55,017 bases of DNA, taken from IMG/VR virus record IMGVR_UViG_3300031741_000002, positions 1 through 55,017 of that record; one strand, written 5' to 3'. This DNA is from a virus. Its lineage: Duplodnaviria > Caudoviricetes. The notes under the pieces were generated by a model. It saw only the letters and a list, made by a program, of their open reading frames with translations, did not search any database and had not been told where the DNA came from. Shown piece after piece: positions 48,201 to 55,017 of the stretch. The translations under genes were made by a program, and so were the position numbers. Position 1 is the first letter of the stretch; each line of letters opens with the position of its first letter.

Positions 48201-50135
48201 TTGCGCTACTTCTTGATTATTATACCAGTTTTCAAGCTCTTCCTTGCTCATGTCGTTAATGTCGGGTTCCGTGGTGTCTATTGGTTGAACTACTTCCTCG
48301 GTAATATCAATCGGTTGCCCCTCTTCATTAAATTGTTCTTGTAATTCATCAGGCAATGGAGTTTCGGGAGTAATCTGCTCTTCAACTTCAACAGGTACCG
48401 CTTCATTCTTCTTCGCTCGACCATTAAATAAACTAAAAGGTTGTCCTTTATCAACAGCTTCTTGACGAGCCCTGAGTCTATTTAACTTTTCTGGAGGAAG
48501 TTTCGCGACTTTATTAATTGAGATTTGCTTATTTTCAACCATTCCGTAAAGTTTTTCTGCTTGTTCTTGTCCATAGATAGCATGAATTTCATCTAGTTTT
48601 GATTGAGCCAAAGTTAGAGTATTTTTTAATTTTCTTAATTTTAACCGCTCTGTGGCTGAACGGCGTTTAGGTTTTGATTGTACTATTTCTGCATCATTAT
48701 CTAATATGGTTCTGTTTTGCAATGCACCTGCTCCACCAAATCCCAATCCAAATACATTTCCTACTAAAAAAGCATCTCCTCCACCCTGAGATAAATATTT
48801 AACTATTTCTTTTTGTTTTTTTCCTTTTAGGGTGTATCCTCCCTTTCCGGTTAATGCGTTAGTTAGATTTTGACCTAATTGAGTAACTAATTCACCACTA
48901 CCATCTTGTAATGAAGCTAGTCCTATTCTACCCATTGGGCTTAATATTTTTTTTGTTGTATCTGATTTTATTAATTTTTTTATAGCGTTAGAGAATCCTG
49001 TTGCAATCTTACTTTTTGAAGATTTACCAAGAGCTTTCATTATTAATGGAGCAGTAAACATATATTCACCAATAAATTCAAAAGCAGAATTGCCAAGAAC
49101 ATTAGTAAATTTTTCTGACTCAGTCATAGTTTTGTCATTGCGTACTTCTCCATATTGGTTTCCGGCAACATTCGCACCCATAAATCCAGCACCAGCCAAA
49201 GGGTTTAACATTGTAAATATTATCTGGAAAATCATTTGTGGAGCATTTTCAGCAACGGCATATACTAATTGTTCAGCTCCTTTGGTTGCTCCATCTTCAC
49301 TAAATGTATCTATAATGCTTTTCCCGTTAGAGTATGCCTCTCGTTTGTTATCTGCTAATATTTTATATACATCGGCATCTTGTCTGAAATATTTTTGTAT
49401 AGGCCCCTCTATAACAGGTTGTTTGTCTAACCATGCTCTAGCATTTTCTACAAGCCCTACCTGTTCTTGGTTTTCTTCTGTATCTAAAAAAGCGGCTCTT
49501 CCCTTAGCTGCCTGTTCCATATTTACTCTATTTAGTTTTGTGCGCCATTTATTAAAATCTATAACTAATCCAGGAAGTTCTTTAAGTCCTGCTAGTATAG
49601 AATAACCACCAGCCATAAGTGCTTCTGCCGTGTAGTTCTCTTTTTTATTAGCCATTGCCTCGTCATACGCTTCTTGCTCAGATTGATGTCTAATACTATT
49701 AAACTGATTGTCTATATTGCCACTATTCATCATTTCAATATTTTTTTCTGAGTATGGATCATATCCAATATTATTAGTCTGGTCTGTTGGTTGAACCGTT
49801 GAGCTTGCCTGAATAGGTTGAGGAGCAGATTGAGCAGGTAATACGGGAACAGGTTGCTCTTCTTGAAACATAAAGTCGTCCATTTCGGCATCTATCTCAC
49901 TTTCCAATGGAGCTCCGTAATTTATGTCTTTAGGTTGATCTTCCGGGAAGACTTCGCTAATATCATCATCGGTTATCGGTTGTTCAACTGGGAATACTTC
50001 CTCTATGTCTTTATCGGAAAATGATTCTCCGTATTCAGACATAAAATCATCAACAGGCGGAGTACCTGTATCGCCGTACCGTGCCATAAAGTCGTCAACT
50101 TCTTCTTCTGTTATAGGAACGCCGTTTTTTGCCAT
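42222..50135 (-). CDS. Large polyvalent internal virion/ejection protein (two HExxH zincin-like motifs, ADP-ribosyltransferase-like domain)
   Basis: THEFTH, FHEIGH and FKKWFGDSKVVD..GEPLVVYHGT; Gly/Ala hydrophobic stretch; last gene of the virion block. Confidence 0.8.
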   Translation of the reverse strand: MAKNGVPITEEEVDDFMARYGDTGTPPVDDFMSEYGESFSDKDIEEVFPVEQPITDDDISEVFPEDQPKDINYGAPLESEIDAEMDDFMFQEEQPVPVLPAQSAPQPIQASSTVQPTDQTNNIGYDPYSEKNIEMMNSGNIDNQFNSIRHQSEQEAYDEAMANKKENYTAEALMAGGYSILAGLKELPGLVIDFNKWRTKLNRVNMEQAAKGRAAFLDTEENQEQVGLVENARAWLDKQPVIEGPIQKYFRQDADVYKILADNKREAYSNGKSIIDTFSEDGATKGAEQLVYAVAENAPQMIFQIIFTMLNPLAGAGFMGANVAGNQYGEVRNDKTMTESEKFTNVLGNSAFEFIGEYMFTAPLIMKALGKSSKSKIATGFSNAIKKLIKSDTTKKILSPMGRIGLASLQDGSGELVTQLGQNLTNALTGKGGYTLKGKKQKEIVKYLSQGGGDAFLVGNVFGLGFGGAGALQNRTILDNDAEIVQSKPKRRSATERLKLRKLKNTLTLAQSKLDEIHAIYGQEQAEKLYGMVENKQISINKVAKLPPEKLNRLRARQEAVDKGQPFSLFNGRAKKNEAVPVEVEEQITPETPLPDELQEQFNEEGQPIDITEEVVQPIDTTEPDINDMSKEELENWYNNQEVAQEEAPDTEIDTVEPLVDAIDDIVETPITEDEIAQEFPAEGEGKETEKGKIEREDVIPGKTIQVKDMSDDALDYTIDGYNKIIDSDDGSGNKAMINKLIKERDSLVEEKNSRKIPQADNAINPEQKPDAIDKSIAEVIERSPNLKIERADVGDDKISQGLKKIGDELEAPVIFVKMGKENVGAFEYNGNVFINIDAEKSPLSLATHEFTHVFQTRHPKLWDKFSSKLEELYDGDNYKAWAAEKSKKITELLGRTPSKEGLMQELGAYLIEEQAGNESFWKNLHELDANLYEKILEIFKEIRKRMGKIFDGRKDSNMSKIFGKNLDQAIKAGEDFMNKSIAPVVEKKAEVKPVKGKTKGVANEFKVGDVLDPQGNTNMSGEVTIRSIKGNTIKFTDSTGKEFGGMSRSLVRDLIKGKSWKRVSKIEQKPTPKSKPTPVKKTKIEPTPAVKVEKKEVKKVVVEAETVKKEPAGKKTLSRQEWIDAHKSRFTVDKNKVPGGVRDNATGKTYPLAKGDVVNGKLARLKAKILGEVYDKHVAKIKVDSEVADKVKEKFDKRKQEKGIKEAAERSALSTTPTIETNIKGDVYAEVRKLKTVPSKKELSAIFTELSKKAPETKAIKGAKNSIVRVEFPNGKGFTIWNEKGVLEAFAKKIKNMGRKAADWKSQGDTVTESIAHLTKVENGARTLEPHAKKTLEQYASLVVSESVTDIEAKHYRKVWDRMPADELKKLFGSSDIDVVGKKLLKEVRFSIDTPQFKKWFGDSKVVDSKGEPLVVYHGTDKDFTIANDGVFWGAEDKDFAIKYAGLHDTKNGKVMELYFKISNPIDFKYRKIAKVVNISDYFSRLRNVIKEKNVSTDRFNEYKKNAIKEHSQNVIDYSQAFAWEYINLKSTSNFLKSIGYDGIEHLDKFDKRTFAVFSPNQIKSTQNKAPTDSPDIMLSIDDKNKVRTGGYGTIESSEKSAANDKREKVAQTDYSKVAEEMPVNKFGVIDETLKMVAPAARKGALVGKKILRKNIAELAHNDVVVADALEKMHKAFTWMDTKDSLDFIDNMETGKPQKTKELQKSADMFRDLLDGRRNTIQNLGKGQLENYIDNYFPHIWKDPKKAKNIISSIMGKKNIEGTKSFLKKRVIVSIKDGIERGLELVSDNPADMVLLKLHEMDRYIMAQNMIKDLKERGQIKFVYARSPFPEGYVKINDNAFTVYMPPEITKKDYYDKIMVNDLMSVAEHLGVDAKRFVNLGGKRLGYAKWYPGMEGGEEVRTKLASPESVAFHEIGHVLGYRYNLYDLLGRRNDGEIKTHKTGKNAGKTYLKATPEILDYRRKIDAQWRALADARYKGSEVTEGFKKYVRKGREKEAVMLEALIHAPDEFKRVAPDLKKVFVKFLNNNADLRPLLDIKPSLVLGENEAKIKVPGFTTLGNFYAVEPVGTILNNYLSPGLRSNNNKIIANTYNMLRGGGNVLNQANLALSLFHALNVTSDMMASTFGLGLRKLQVKGQRIKGLADMAVTPIAPIMRVWSGQRIRKAYKKQLDSIENPKLRQMVEAVIASGGRSKMDAFYYNQQIKALNKTLADISKGDAFTKMKSSMKLPFNLFGATMENLAKPLMEWYVPTGKIGLFSKLAQHEFERAENGQIDEDQLWERLTQSWDNVDNRMGQLVYDNLFWNKTLKDSLMLAVRSVGWNIGSWREFGGGIVDIGTTNERIKEGDVWLSQKMAYTIGAVVTYSVLGAIIQYALTGEPPEEAKDYLFPKTGNTNPDGSPERLSLPTYAKDWYAYAEQPLKTITHKMHPLWGLLGDLAKNKDYFNVEVRHTDDPLMKQAGQVVEHIAEAFLPFSIKNYAKMNKAAPGNKLKNLGVSITGISSAPGYLSKSPAQKLMTRLIVERIPDKVKTQEKFERSTYRRTVINRIRKGEKIDVKEAVKILGRRSYVMLRKEARKTPFASSFNRLSIRDALNVYTIATRKERKQVKVILRSKYRRARRQSKTEEVRKMFSELMKKK

Positions 50136-50150
50136 GTTTATACCTTTCGG

Positions 50151-51464
50151 TTATGATCTTAAACTTTTATTATATGCGTATTCTGCTCTTGCTGCCCTAG
50201 TTGATATAGTCTTAAACTCTTTTGAGTTTTTGTCCATACCCTTTTTGACGGCTACTTTATAGGCTAAATCGGCTTTCTCATATTCTGATTTTATTAACTT
50301 GTCGTTTTTTATGACATCGGTGGCTGTTTTTTTTATATTTTTCACCGCTTCTTTAATCGGACCAACTCTACTTTTCTTTAGTTTTCTTGTTTTTTTGAGC
50401 ATTGGGTCTATTGTTTTGCCGCCAGATACAGCTGGTTTTAATCTTTCTGCCAATAAATCACTTACACTCTTACTCTTTTTCTGCTTCTCTAATAATACCC
50501 TTTTATTCTCTGCTTCCATTAATTGTTTTGATCCAGCCTTAGATTTGCTTGCGCCGACTGGCTTTTTGCTTCTTTTGAGTTTTTGCCTTTTGCCCGGTCT
50601 GTTTCTCTCGAAACTCATAGGGTAAGACTTATCTTTTATCGGTTTTTTAGCTTTCTTTGTAAACTTTTCGCCATTAGCGGAAAAGAATTTCTTAGCCGCC
50701 TTTATTTCCGCAGGTGTTGACTTGGGATTGTTAAGAATATCATTTGCCCTGGCCCTGTCTTGCTTAATCTTATTTTTGGCGGAAGTATCAGTTCCATGTT
50801 TATATGGTTCTATTTTGGGTAATTGTTTGTCCGGTTCAAGTAGGGAGTTGGCCTCGGTCCTCTCTTGTATAGCTTTTCTATTAGCTACAACCCTTGAATT
50901 TTCATATTTATCACTTGCCTGCTTAGTTTTAAACGCGCGTTCATCATTAATTTTAGCTTGTTCTTGGGTTGTCTTGTTTTCTAAAGCCCTGTGCATCTTA
51001 TACAATTTCATAATTCCCTTAAGTTGCCCTCTTGACATAACCGTTGGTTCGTCTTTGTCGGTTCTCTGCATATAAAAATTACCGTCTTTACCCATTTCGT
51101 GTGCAAAATATCCATTCAAACCACTTGTTCTTCCTGAAATAACATCTCCAAAATTAACGATTTGCTCAATCGGCATCAATCCAGCTTTATCTTCCCATGC
51201 TTTATCTTGCGTGGCTTGGGCTACTCTGGCATCTTGGGCATCCTGTCTACCCTCTGAACGCTTGGTAATCCTCTGTCTTTCAATGAGAGCATTATCTGAT
51301 TTAGTCTTTTGGTCGTCGCGAGCTGCCTGTCTACCAAGCCTTTCCCTTTTTTGACCAATATAATTAGCCCTCCTTAACTGACGATTATATTTACTATCTT
51401 GAGTACGTTCTTCGTCTCTCTTCCGAGCTTTTGCGCCTCTAAGTCTGCCAGCATATTCAGCCAT
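50151..51464 (-). CDS. Putative internal virion/ejection protein
   Basis: Highly basic and helical; synteny. Confidence 0.55.
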   Translation of the reverse strand: MAEYAGRLRGAKARKRDEERTQDSKYNRQLRRANYIGQKRERLGRQAARDDQKTKSDNALIERQRITKRSEGRQDAQDARVAQATQDKAWEDKAGLMPIEQIVNFGDVISGRTSGLNGYFAHEMGKDGNFYMQRTDKDEPTVMSRGQLKGIMKLYKMHRALENKTTQEQAKINDERAFKTKQASDKYENSRVVANRKAIQERTEANSLLEPDKQLPKIEPYKHGTDTSAKNKIKQDRARANDILNNPKSTPAEIKAAKKFFSANGEKFTKKAKKPIKDKSYPMSFERNRPGKRQKLKRSKKPVGASKSKAGSKQLMEAENKRVLLEKQKKSKSVSDLLAERLKPAVSGGKTIDPMLKKTRKLKKSRVGPIKEAVKNIKKTATDVIKNDKLIKSEYEKADLAYKVAVKKGMDKNSKEFKTISTRAARAEYAYNKSLRS

Positions 51465-51484
51465 GATACTATCTCCGGTTAAAT

Positions 51485-52207
51485 TTAGTATTGAATCTGA
51501 GGTTCTCTTTTAAGAGTTCCCTTATTAGCGGCATAAGCATAAGTCCCTTTCCTTGGTCCTGTATCTCCGCCAGCGGTATATTCGTCATATTCTGCCTGTT
51601 CACTAGATAATCTATCCTGACTCTGATTATATCTATCTTGAAGTGAAGCAGCATTCATTCCTACATTTGCCGCGGCTGAATGAGCTCCGACTGCTTGAGT
51701 GGCAAACCTTTGTCCTAATTGAGCTAAGTCCATATTCCGCAGATAAGATGTATCTTCTGCTTTAATTCGTGCCTTATTCCGGGCTCCTGCTTCTGTTGCC
51801 GCTCTCATTAAATTCATATCTTGAGTAGCACCTTTAAATTTTCCTGATGATGGATTAATGCCAAATCGTGATAATTGTCGAGATTGAATACCGGAAGCTT
51901 TATCAAATGAAGCGTTTACGTCCATTGAGGCATCATCAACATAATCTTGAGGATTGACATCTGCATATCGTTGCGCTGCTTGAAGAGATGGTCCAATAAT
52001 ATCATTATATCTTTTCATCAAATCACTTCCAATTCCAGAAAGAGCGGAACCGGTTGAACTTATATTCTGCCCCATGACTCTTTGCCTTTCTAATCCACGC
52101 CTGAGTTTATTACCGGAAGTGTTTCGTACTCGATTACCACCGTCTTTTGCTCGGCTGCCGGCTGTTTCTAGTCCAGTTTTGCGGCGCATTTCAAATGTTT
52201 GTGCCAT
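51485..52207 (-). CDS. Putative internal virion/ejection protein
   Basis: QLSRFGINPSSGKF motif; Ala/Gly/Gln-rich. Confidence 0.65.
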   Translation of the reverse strand: MAQTFEMRRKTGLETAGSRAKDGGNRVRNTSGNKLRRGLERQRVMGQNISSTGSALSGIGSDLMKRYNDIIGPSLQAAQRYADVNPQDYVDDASMDVNASFDKASGIQSRQLSRFGINPSSGKFKGATQDMNLMRAATEAGARNKARIKAEDTSYLRNMDLAQLGQRFATQAVGAHSAAANVGMNAASLQDRYNQSQDRLSSEQAEYDEYTAGGDTGPRKGTYAYAANKGTLKREPQIQY

Positions 52208-52209
52208 GA

Positions 52210-52941
52210 TTATACCTCATATTTGCATTTATATTTAAATTTATCCATAAGAAAGTGTTCTATCCCATTTTTTAAGCCGATATTATCATATCCTAAAAAC
52301 ATCTTAGCACCGAAATCTAGCGTTGTCCTCTTTTTTGCACATGTTTTACCATCAAACGTTGTTTTAAATAAATCCATTTCAAACATGACACTTAAATAAT
52401 AGTTGTGATATAGTGAACCAGTAACAACTCCTGGGTTCGCGTGAATTTCATCATAGAATATTTTTCCTAATTCTATGAACTTCTTGCGGTTAAGTAAGTT
52501 TGGGCTATGGCTTTCACAGTCAAAACATGTCTTATTTTCCCATTCAAGTAACTTCGCAGTATTCCGTAATATCTGCCCCCAAGGGTTATTTTCCGTATTA
52601 TCTGACATTAATTCTAATCCTCGGCGAAGAGTTGGAAGAGATAAAGCATTCGTTTCTTGAAGTAATACTTGGTCGTCACTCCATAAAACAATATTATCTG
52701 CATTGGAAAGTTCAGCACCAGCCATACGTTTATCAAACAAAGTGATTGCTTTATTGTTCCCGTCATGCTGTTTTATGTTGGTAACACCCTTGATGAAGTG
52801 TGGAACCTTAGCGGTAACAATTATTATATCGCGATAATTATACAGGTTTTCTGCTATTGAACGCAAGGCATAACGAATCTCGAAGTTCTTATTTCCCGAT
52901 CCATCATCATTTAATGGTATTACTATGTCGGTTGTTTTCAT
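52210..52941 (-). CDS. Stealth-like (sugar-1-phosphate transferase-like) protein
   Basis: DIVIP...EIRYALRSI...IIIV, LWSDD, SHSP, SLYHNY. Confidence 0.65.
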   Translation of the reverse strand: MKTTDIVIPLNDDGSGNKNFEIRYALRSIAENLYNYRDIIIVTAKVPHFIKGVTNIKQHDGNNKAITLFDKRMAGAELSNADNIVLWSDDQVLLQETNALSLPTLRRGLELMSDNTENNPWGQILRNTAKLLEWENKTCFDCESHSPNLLNRKKFIELGKIFYDEIHANPGVVTGSLYHNYYLSVMFEMDLFKTTFDGKTCAKKRTTLDFGAKMFLGYDNIGLKNGIEHFLMDKFKYKCKYEV

Positions 52942-52954
52942 ATTAAATTCCTAT

Positions 52955-53260
52955 TTAATCTATGCGCTTCCATTCAATCAGTAACTCGGTTTTGCCATCA
53001 AAATCATCACGAGTAGAATCTCTTTCTGTAATATCCCTGATTTGCATGTCTCCATCTAAGACTATCGACACAAAAGATTCTCCAGTTTTATGCCCATAAC
53101 AATGTGTTCTTGTTATAAGTCCACATTCGTTTAATGCCTTTAATAATGCAATTCTTTTTTTATCAGCCACAAATTTACCAGTTCCAAAATCGACAATCTC
53201 TTGATCTTCTCCTATTTCGTGATGGTGATTGAATTTTTTATATTTATTAGTTTCGTTCAT
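52955..53260 (-). CDS. Hypothetical protein
   Basis: LNECGLITRTHCYGH; overlaps the upstream stop. Confidence 0.6.
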   Translation of the reverse strand: MNETNKYKKFNHHHEIGEDQEIVDFGTGKFVADKKRIALLKALNECGLITRTHCYGHKTGESFVSIVLDGDMQIRDITERDSTRDDFDGKTELLIEWKRID

Positions 53261-53607
53261 ATTCCCTCAATTTCCTTATGTTCACAGTTTACACATACTC
53301 CTGACTTAACTCTATTTGCTACGACTTTAGGATTATCGCAGTCAACCCACGAACCGCAGGAGCTACAGCCTGTTACTGGCTTGCCTTTTTTGCCGTGTTT
53401 GCATTTATTCGGGTCTATCCCATTTCTCAACCGTTTAACCTCTATTTCTATTTCATCATATAATTTACATTCATTACAATTATCTTTTAGTGTTATTTTT
53501 TGATGATAATAACTATTATTATTTAAACAAATATCACCATTATTTATAATATTTTCTTTGGTTTTAAATTTTGTCTTTTTAAATAAATATTTACAAGTCA
53601 TGGACAT
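53257..53607 (-). CDS. Cys-rich hypothetical protein
   Basis: Ten Cys, including GCSSC and CVNC. Confidence 0.6.
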   Translation of the reverse strand: MSMTCKYLFKKTKFKTKENIINNGDICLNNNSYYHQKITLKDNCNECKLYDEIEIEVKRLRNGIDPNKCKHGKKGKPVTGCSSCGSWVDCDNPKVVANRVKSGVCVNCEHKEIEGI

Positions 53608-54992
53608 ACCTCACTCGTTCCATCTGTTCCATTAGTTCCAGCAATTCCACCAGTACCGGCAGTACCACCTAATCCGGATTGTAAACTATTATCGCTGAAT
53701 ACATCACCGCCATCACCGCCATCACCACTTTCTTCTAGACCTGATGATGCTGACCCTGAGTTGCTTCCTGCATCTCCTCCATCACCGCCATTCCCGCCGT
53801 ATCCACCATTCCCACCATTCCCCGAACCATATTTACCACTTGAGCCTATGCCAAATATTATATTTGAAAAGTAACATAATGGACAAAATACAGACCCACT
53901 TGAACCTTGAGAACCATATGAACCTCTCCCATAAGCTGGTCTAGTAACTGGAAAATTGTTATAAACTAAACCACCACCCGAACCACCAGCCCCCCCTTCT
54001 CCAAATCCCCCACCGCCTGAACCCTCACCACCTTTCCTTGTTCCGAGTGTCCAATTGCTATTTCCTGGGTTTCCAGCATCACCAAAAATTAAATCAATAA
54101 AAGAACAAGACAAATAGGTTGCGTTGTACATATATCCTCCATTCCCACCATAGCCACAAGAAACAGATATATAATGATAACCATCGTCTACGACTGTATT
54201 GGCCACCCCATTGCCTCCATTACCTCCTTGTCCAAAGGTTATGTTTTCAAATATGGTATTAATTACACCACCTCCTCCTCCCACATCTACTCTTCCTCCG
54301 CTACCACCGCCTCCACCCCCAACTGTATTCCAATCAATAGTACCAGCCGTACCATTCCCTCCATTCCCTCCATTTCCTAGCAGTATATCATGCACATAAC
54401 TGTTTTCTAATCTTGCTATTATAAGACGCCCTCCACTTGAACCATCCCCACCATATACGCCAACCCCGCTACCTGGGGAGGCTACAAATACATCAGCACC
54501 ATCTATACCATTGATTGTTGTACAATTTTTTACTTCACAATGGCATAATCTTTCTAGGGATATATGAGGACTGGATGCATCTGTATTTATATTTTGAAAA
54601 ATACATTCAAAAAAACGACCACCCCAGATGTTTTGAGTTGTTAATATTAATCCCTCGTAATAAGGGGAAGCGCCAGTTGATGAGGTAATAGTGGCACTAT
54701 TTATACCAACAAGCCTACCATAAAATGTAGTTGCGAAAATACAAGTATGAGTGCCTCCGTTTATTACTATTTTTGCTCTTGTGTCTAAATAACCACTTGG
54801 ATAAGCATCTATCGCATCTTGTAATGTGGCAAATAATATACCGGTTGCGTCAGGCGGTAAAGTTCCTACATAAACCGTAAGAGTTACTGGCGGCTTTGCC
54901 ATATAAATACAATCTATACCGCACGGGCATTCATCACAGACCAATGTCCCATCACCGAATAAAGTATGACCATTTTTAACCCAACTAGGCAT
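53598..54992 (-). CDS. Glycine-rich virion appendage protein
   Basis: N-term CDECPC, TLQDAIDA, many GGxG repeats; ATG overlaps the stop of 95..1114 across the circular junction. Confidence 0.65.
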   Translation of the reverse strand: MPSWVKNGHTLFGDGTLVCDECPCGIDCIYMAKPPVTLTVYVGTLPPDATGILFATLQDAIDAYPSGYLDTRAKIVINGGTHTCIFATTFYGRLVGINSATITSSTGASPYYEGLILTTQNIWGGRFFECIFQNINTDASSPHISLERLCHCEVKNCTTINGIDGADVFVASPGSGVGVYGGDGSSGGRLIIARLENSYVHDILLGNGGNGGNGTAGTIDWNTVGGGGGGSGGRVDVGGGGGVINTIFENITFGQGGNGGNGVANTVVDDGYHYISVSCGYGGNGGYMYNATYLSCSFIDLIFGDAGNPGNSNWTLGTRKGGEGSGGGGFGEGGAGGSGGGLVYNNFPVTRPAYGRGSYGSQGSSGSVFCPLCYFSNIIFGIGSSGKYGSGNGGNGGYGGNGGDGGDAGSNSGSASSGLEESGDGGDGGDVFSDNSLQSGLGGTAGTGGIAGTNGTDGTSEVCP

Positions 54993-55017
54993 CGCAATCA
55001 CCCCATGTATGACAATG
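54891..55017 (+). repeat. Terminal direct repeat, right copy
   Basis: Identical to 1-127. Confidence 0.95.

Larger units (their letters stand above)
1..55017. mobile_element. Complete tailed dsDNA phage genome (podovirus-like), circular assembly
   Basis: TerS, TerL, portal, scaffold, MCP, nozzle-like, fibre and ejection-type proteins present; no tape measure or sheath recognised; ends overlap exactly. Confidence 0.93.

Noticed and set aside
46182-51075. Long plus-strand ORFs antisense to the ejection genes
   Set aside because: Ser/Phe/Leu-rich mirror translations of Lys/Glu-rich genes, with no RBS or motifs
54891-55017. 127-bp terminal repeat as a biological DTR
   Set aside because: Length equals a common assembler k-mer and it falls within overlapping coding sequence; treated as circularisation overlap
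1-55017. Stop-codon reassignment, tRNAs, integrase/att site
   Set aside because: Core genes are intact in the standard code with all three stops used; no cloverleaf or recombinase motif recognised, so lifestyle is left undetermined

Overview
Apparently complete, circularly assembled ~54.9 kb genome of a tailed dsDNA phage with podovirus-type architecture. Bases 1-127 are repeated exactly at 54891-55017, most likely an assembler k-mer overlap. There are four alternating transcription blocks. (1) A leftward block starts at 10.5 kb with a repeat protein, ASCH, two C5 DNA methyltransferases, TerS, TerL and a tail nozzle-like protein. It continues across the origin into Gly/Cys-rich proteins, a Stealth-like transferase and three ejection-type proteins, one a 2637-aa polyvalent protein. 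(2) A rightward early/replication block (10.7-20.4 kb) holds a degenerate peptide deformylase, an RHH protein, ACP, SSAP plus exonuclease, Nin-like/HNH genes, an initiator-like gene with iteron-like repeats and a primase-helicase. (3) A leftward head/tail block (35.7-20.6 kb) holds portal, scaffold, MCP, adaptors, tail fibre, LRR and beta-propeller adhesins, three signal-peptide proteins, and PLA2-like, holin-like and lipoprotein genes. (4) A rightward accessory block (35.8-42.2 kb) holds glycosyl- and methyltransferases. I recognised no integrase, DNA polymerase, tRNA, CRISPR array, reverse transcriptase or canonical endolysin. The most notable signals are: a promoter-driven hairpin RNA at 40.64 kb whose loop is complementary to the RBS/start codon of both first genes of the divergent promoter pair at 10.6 kb; a dual-frame M.EcoHK31I-like methyltransferase; a second stand-alone small RNA unit at 20.4 kb; a CCGG-free 6.2 kb adhesin/secreted-protein cassette in an otherwise CCGG-rich genome; and a permuted triplicated adaptor protein. 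All calls come from motif recognition by eye, with no database searches.
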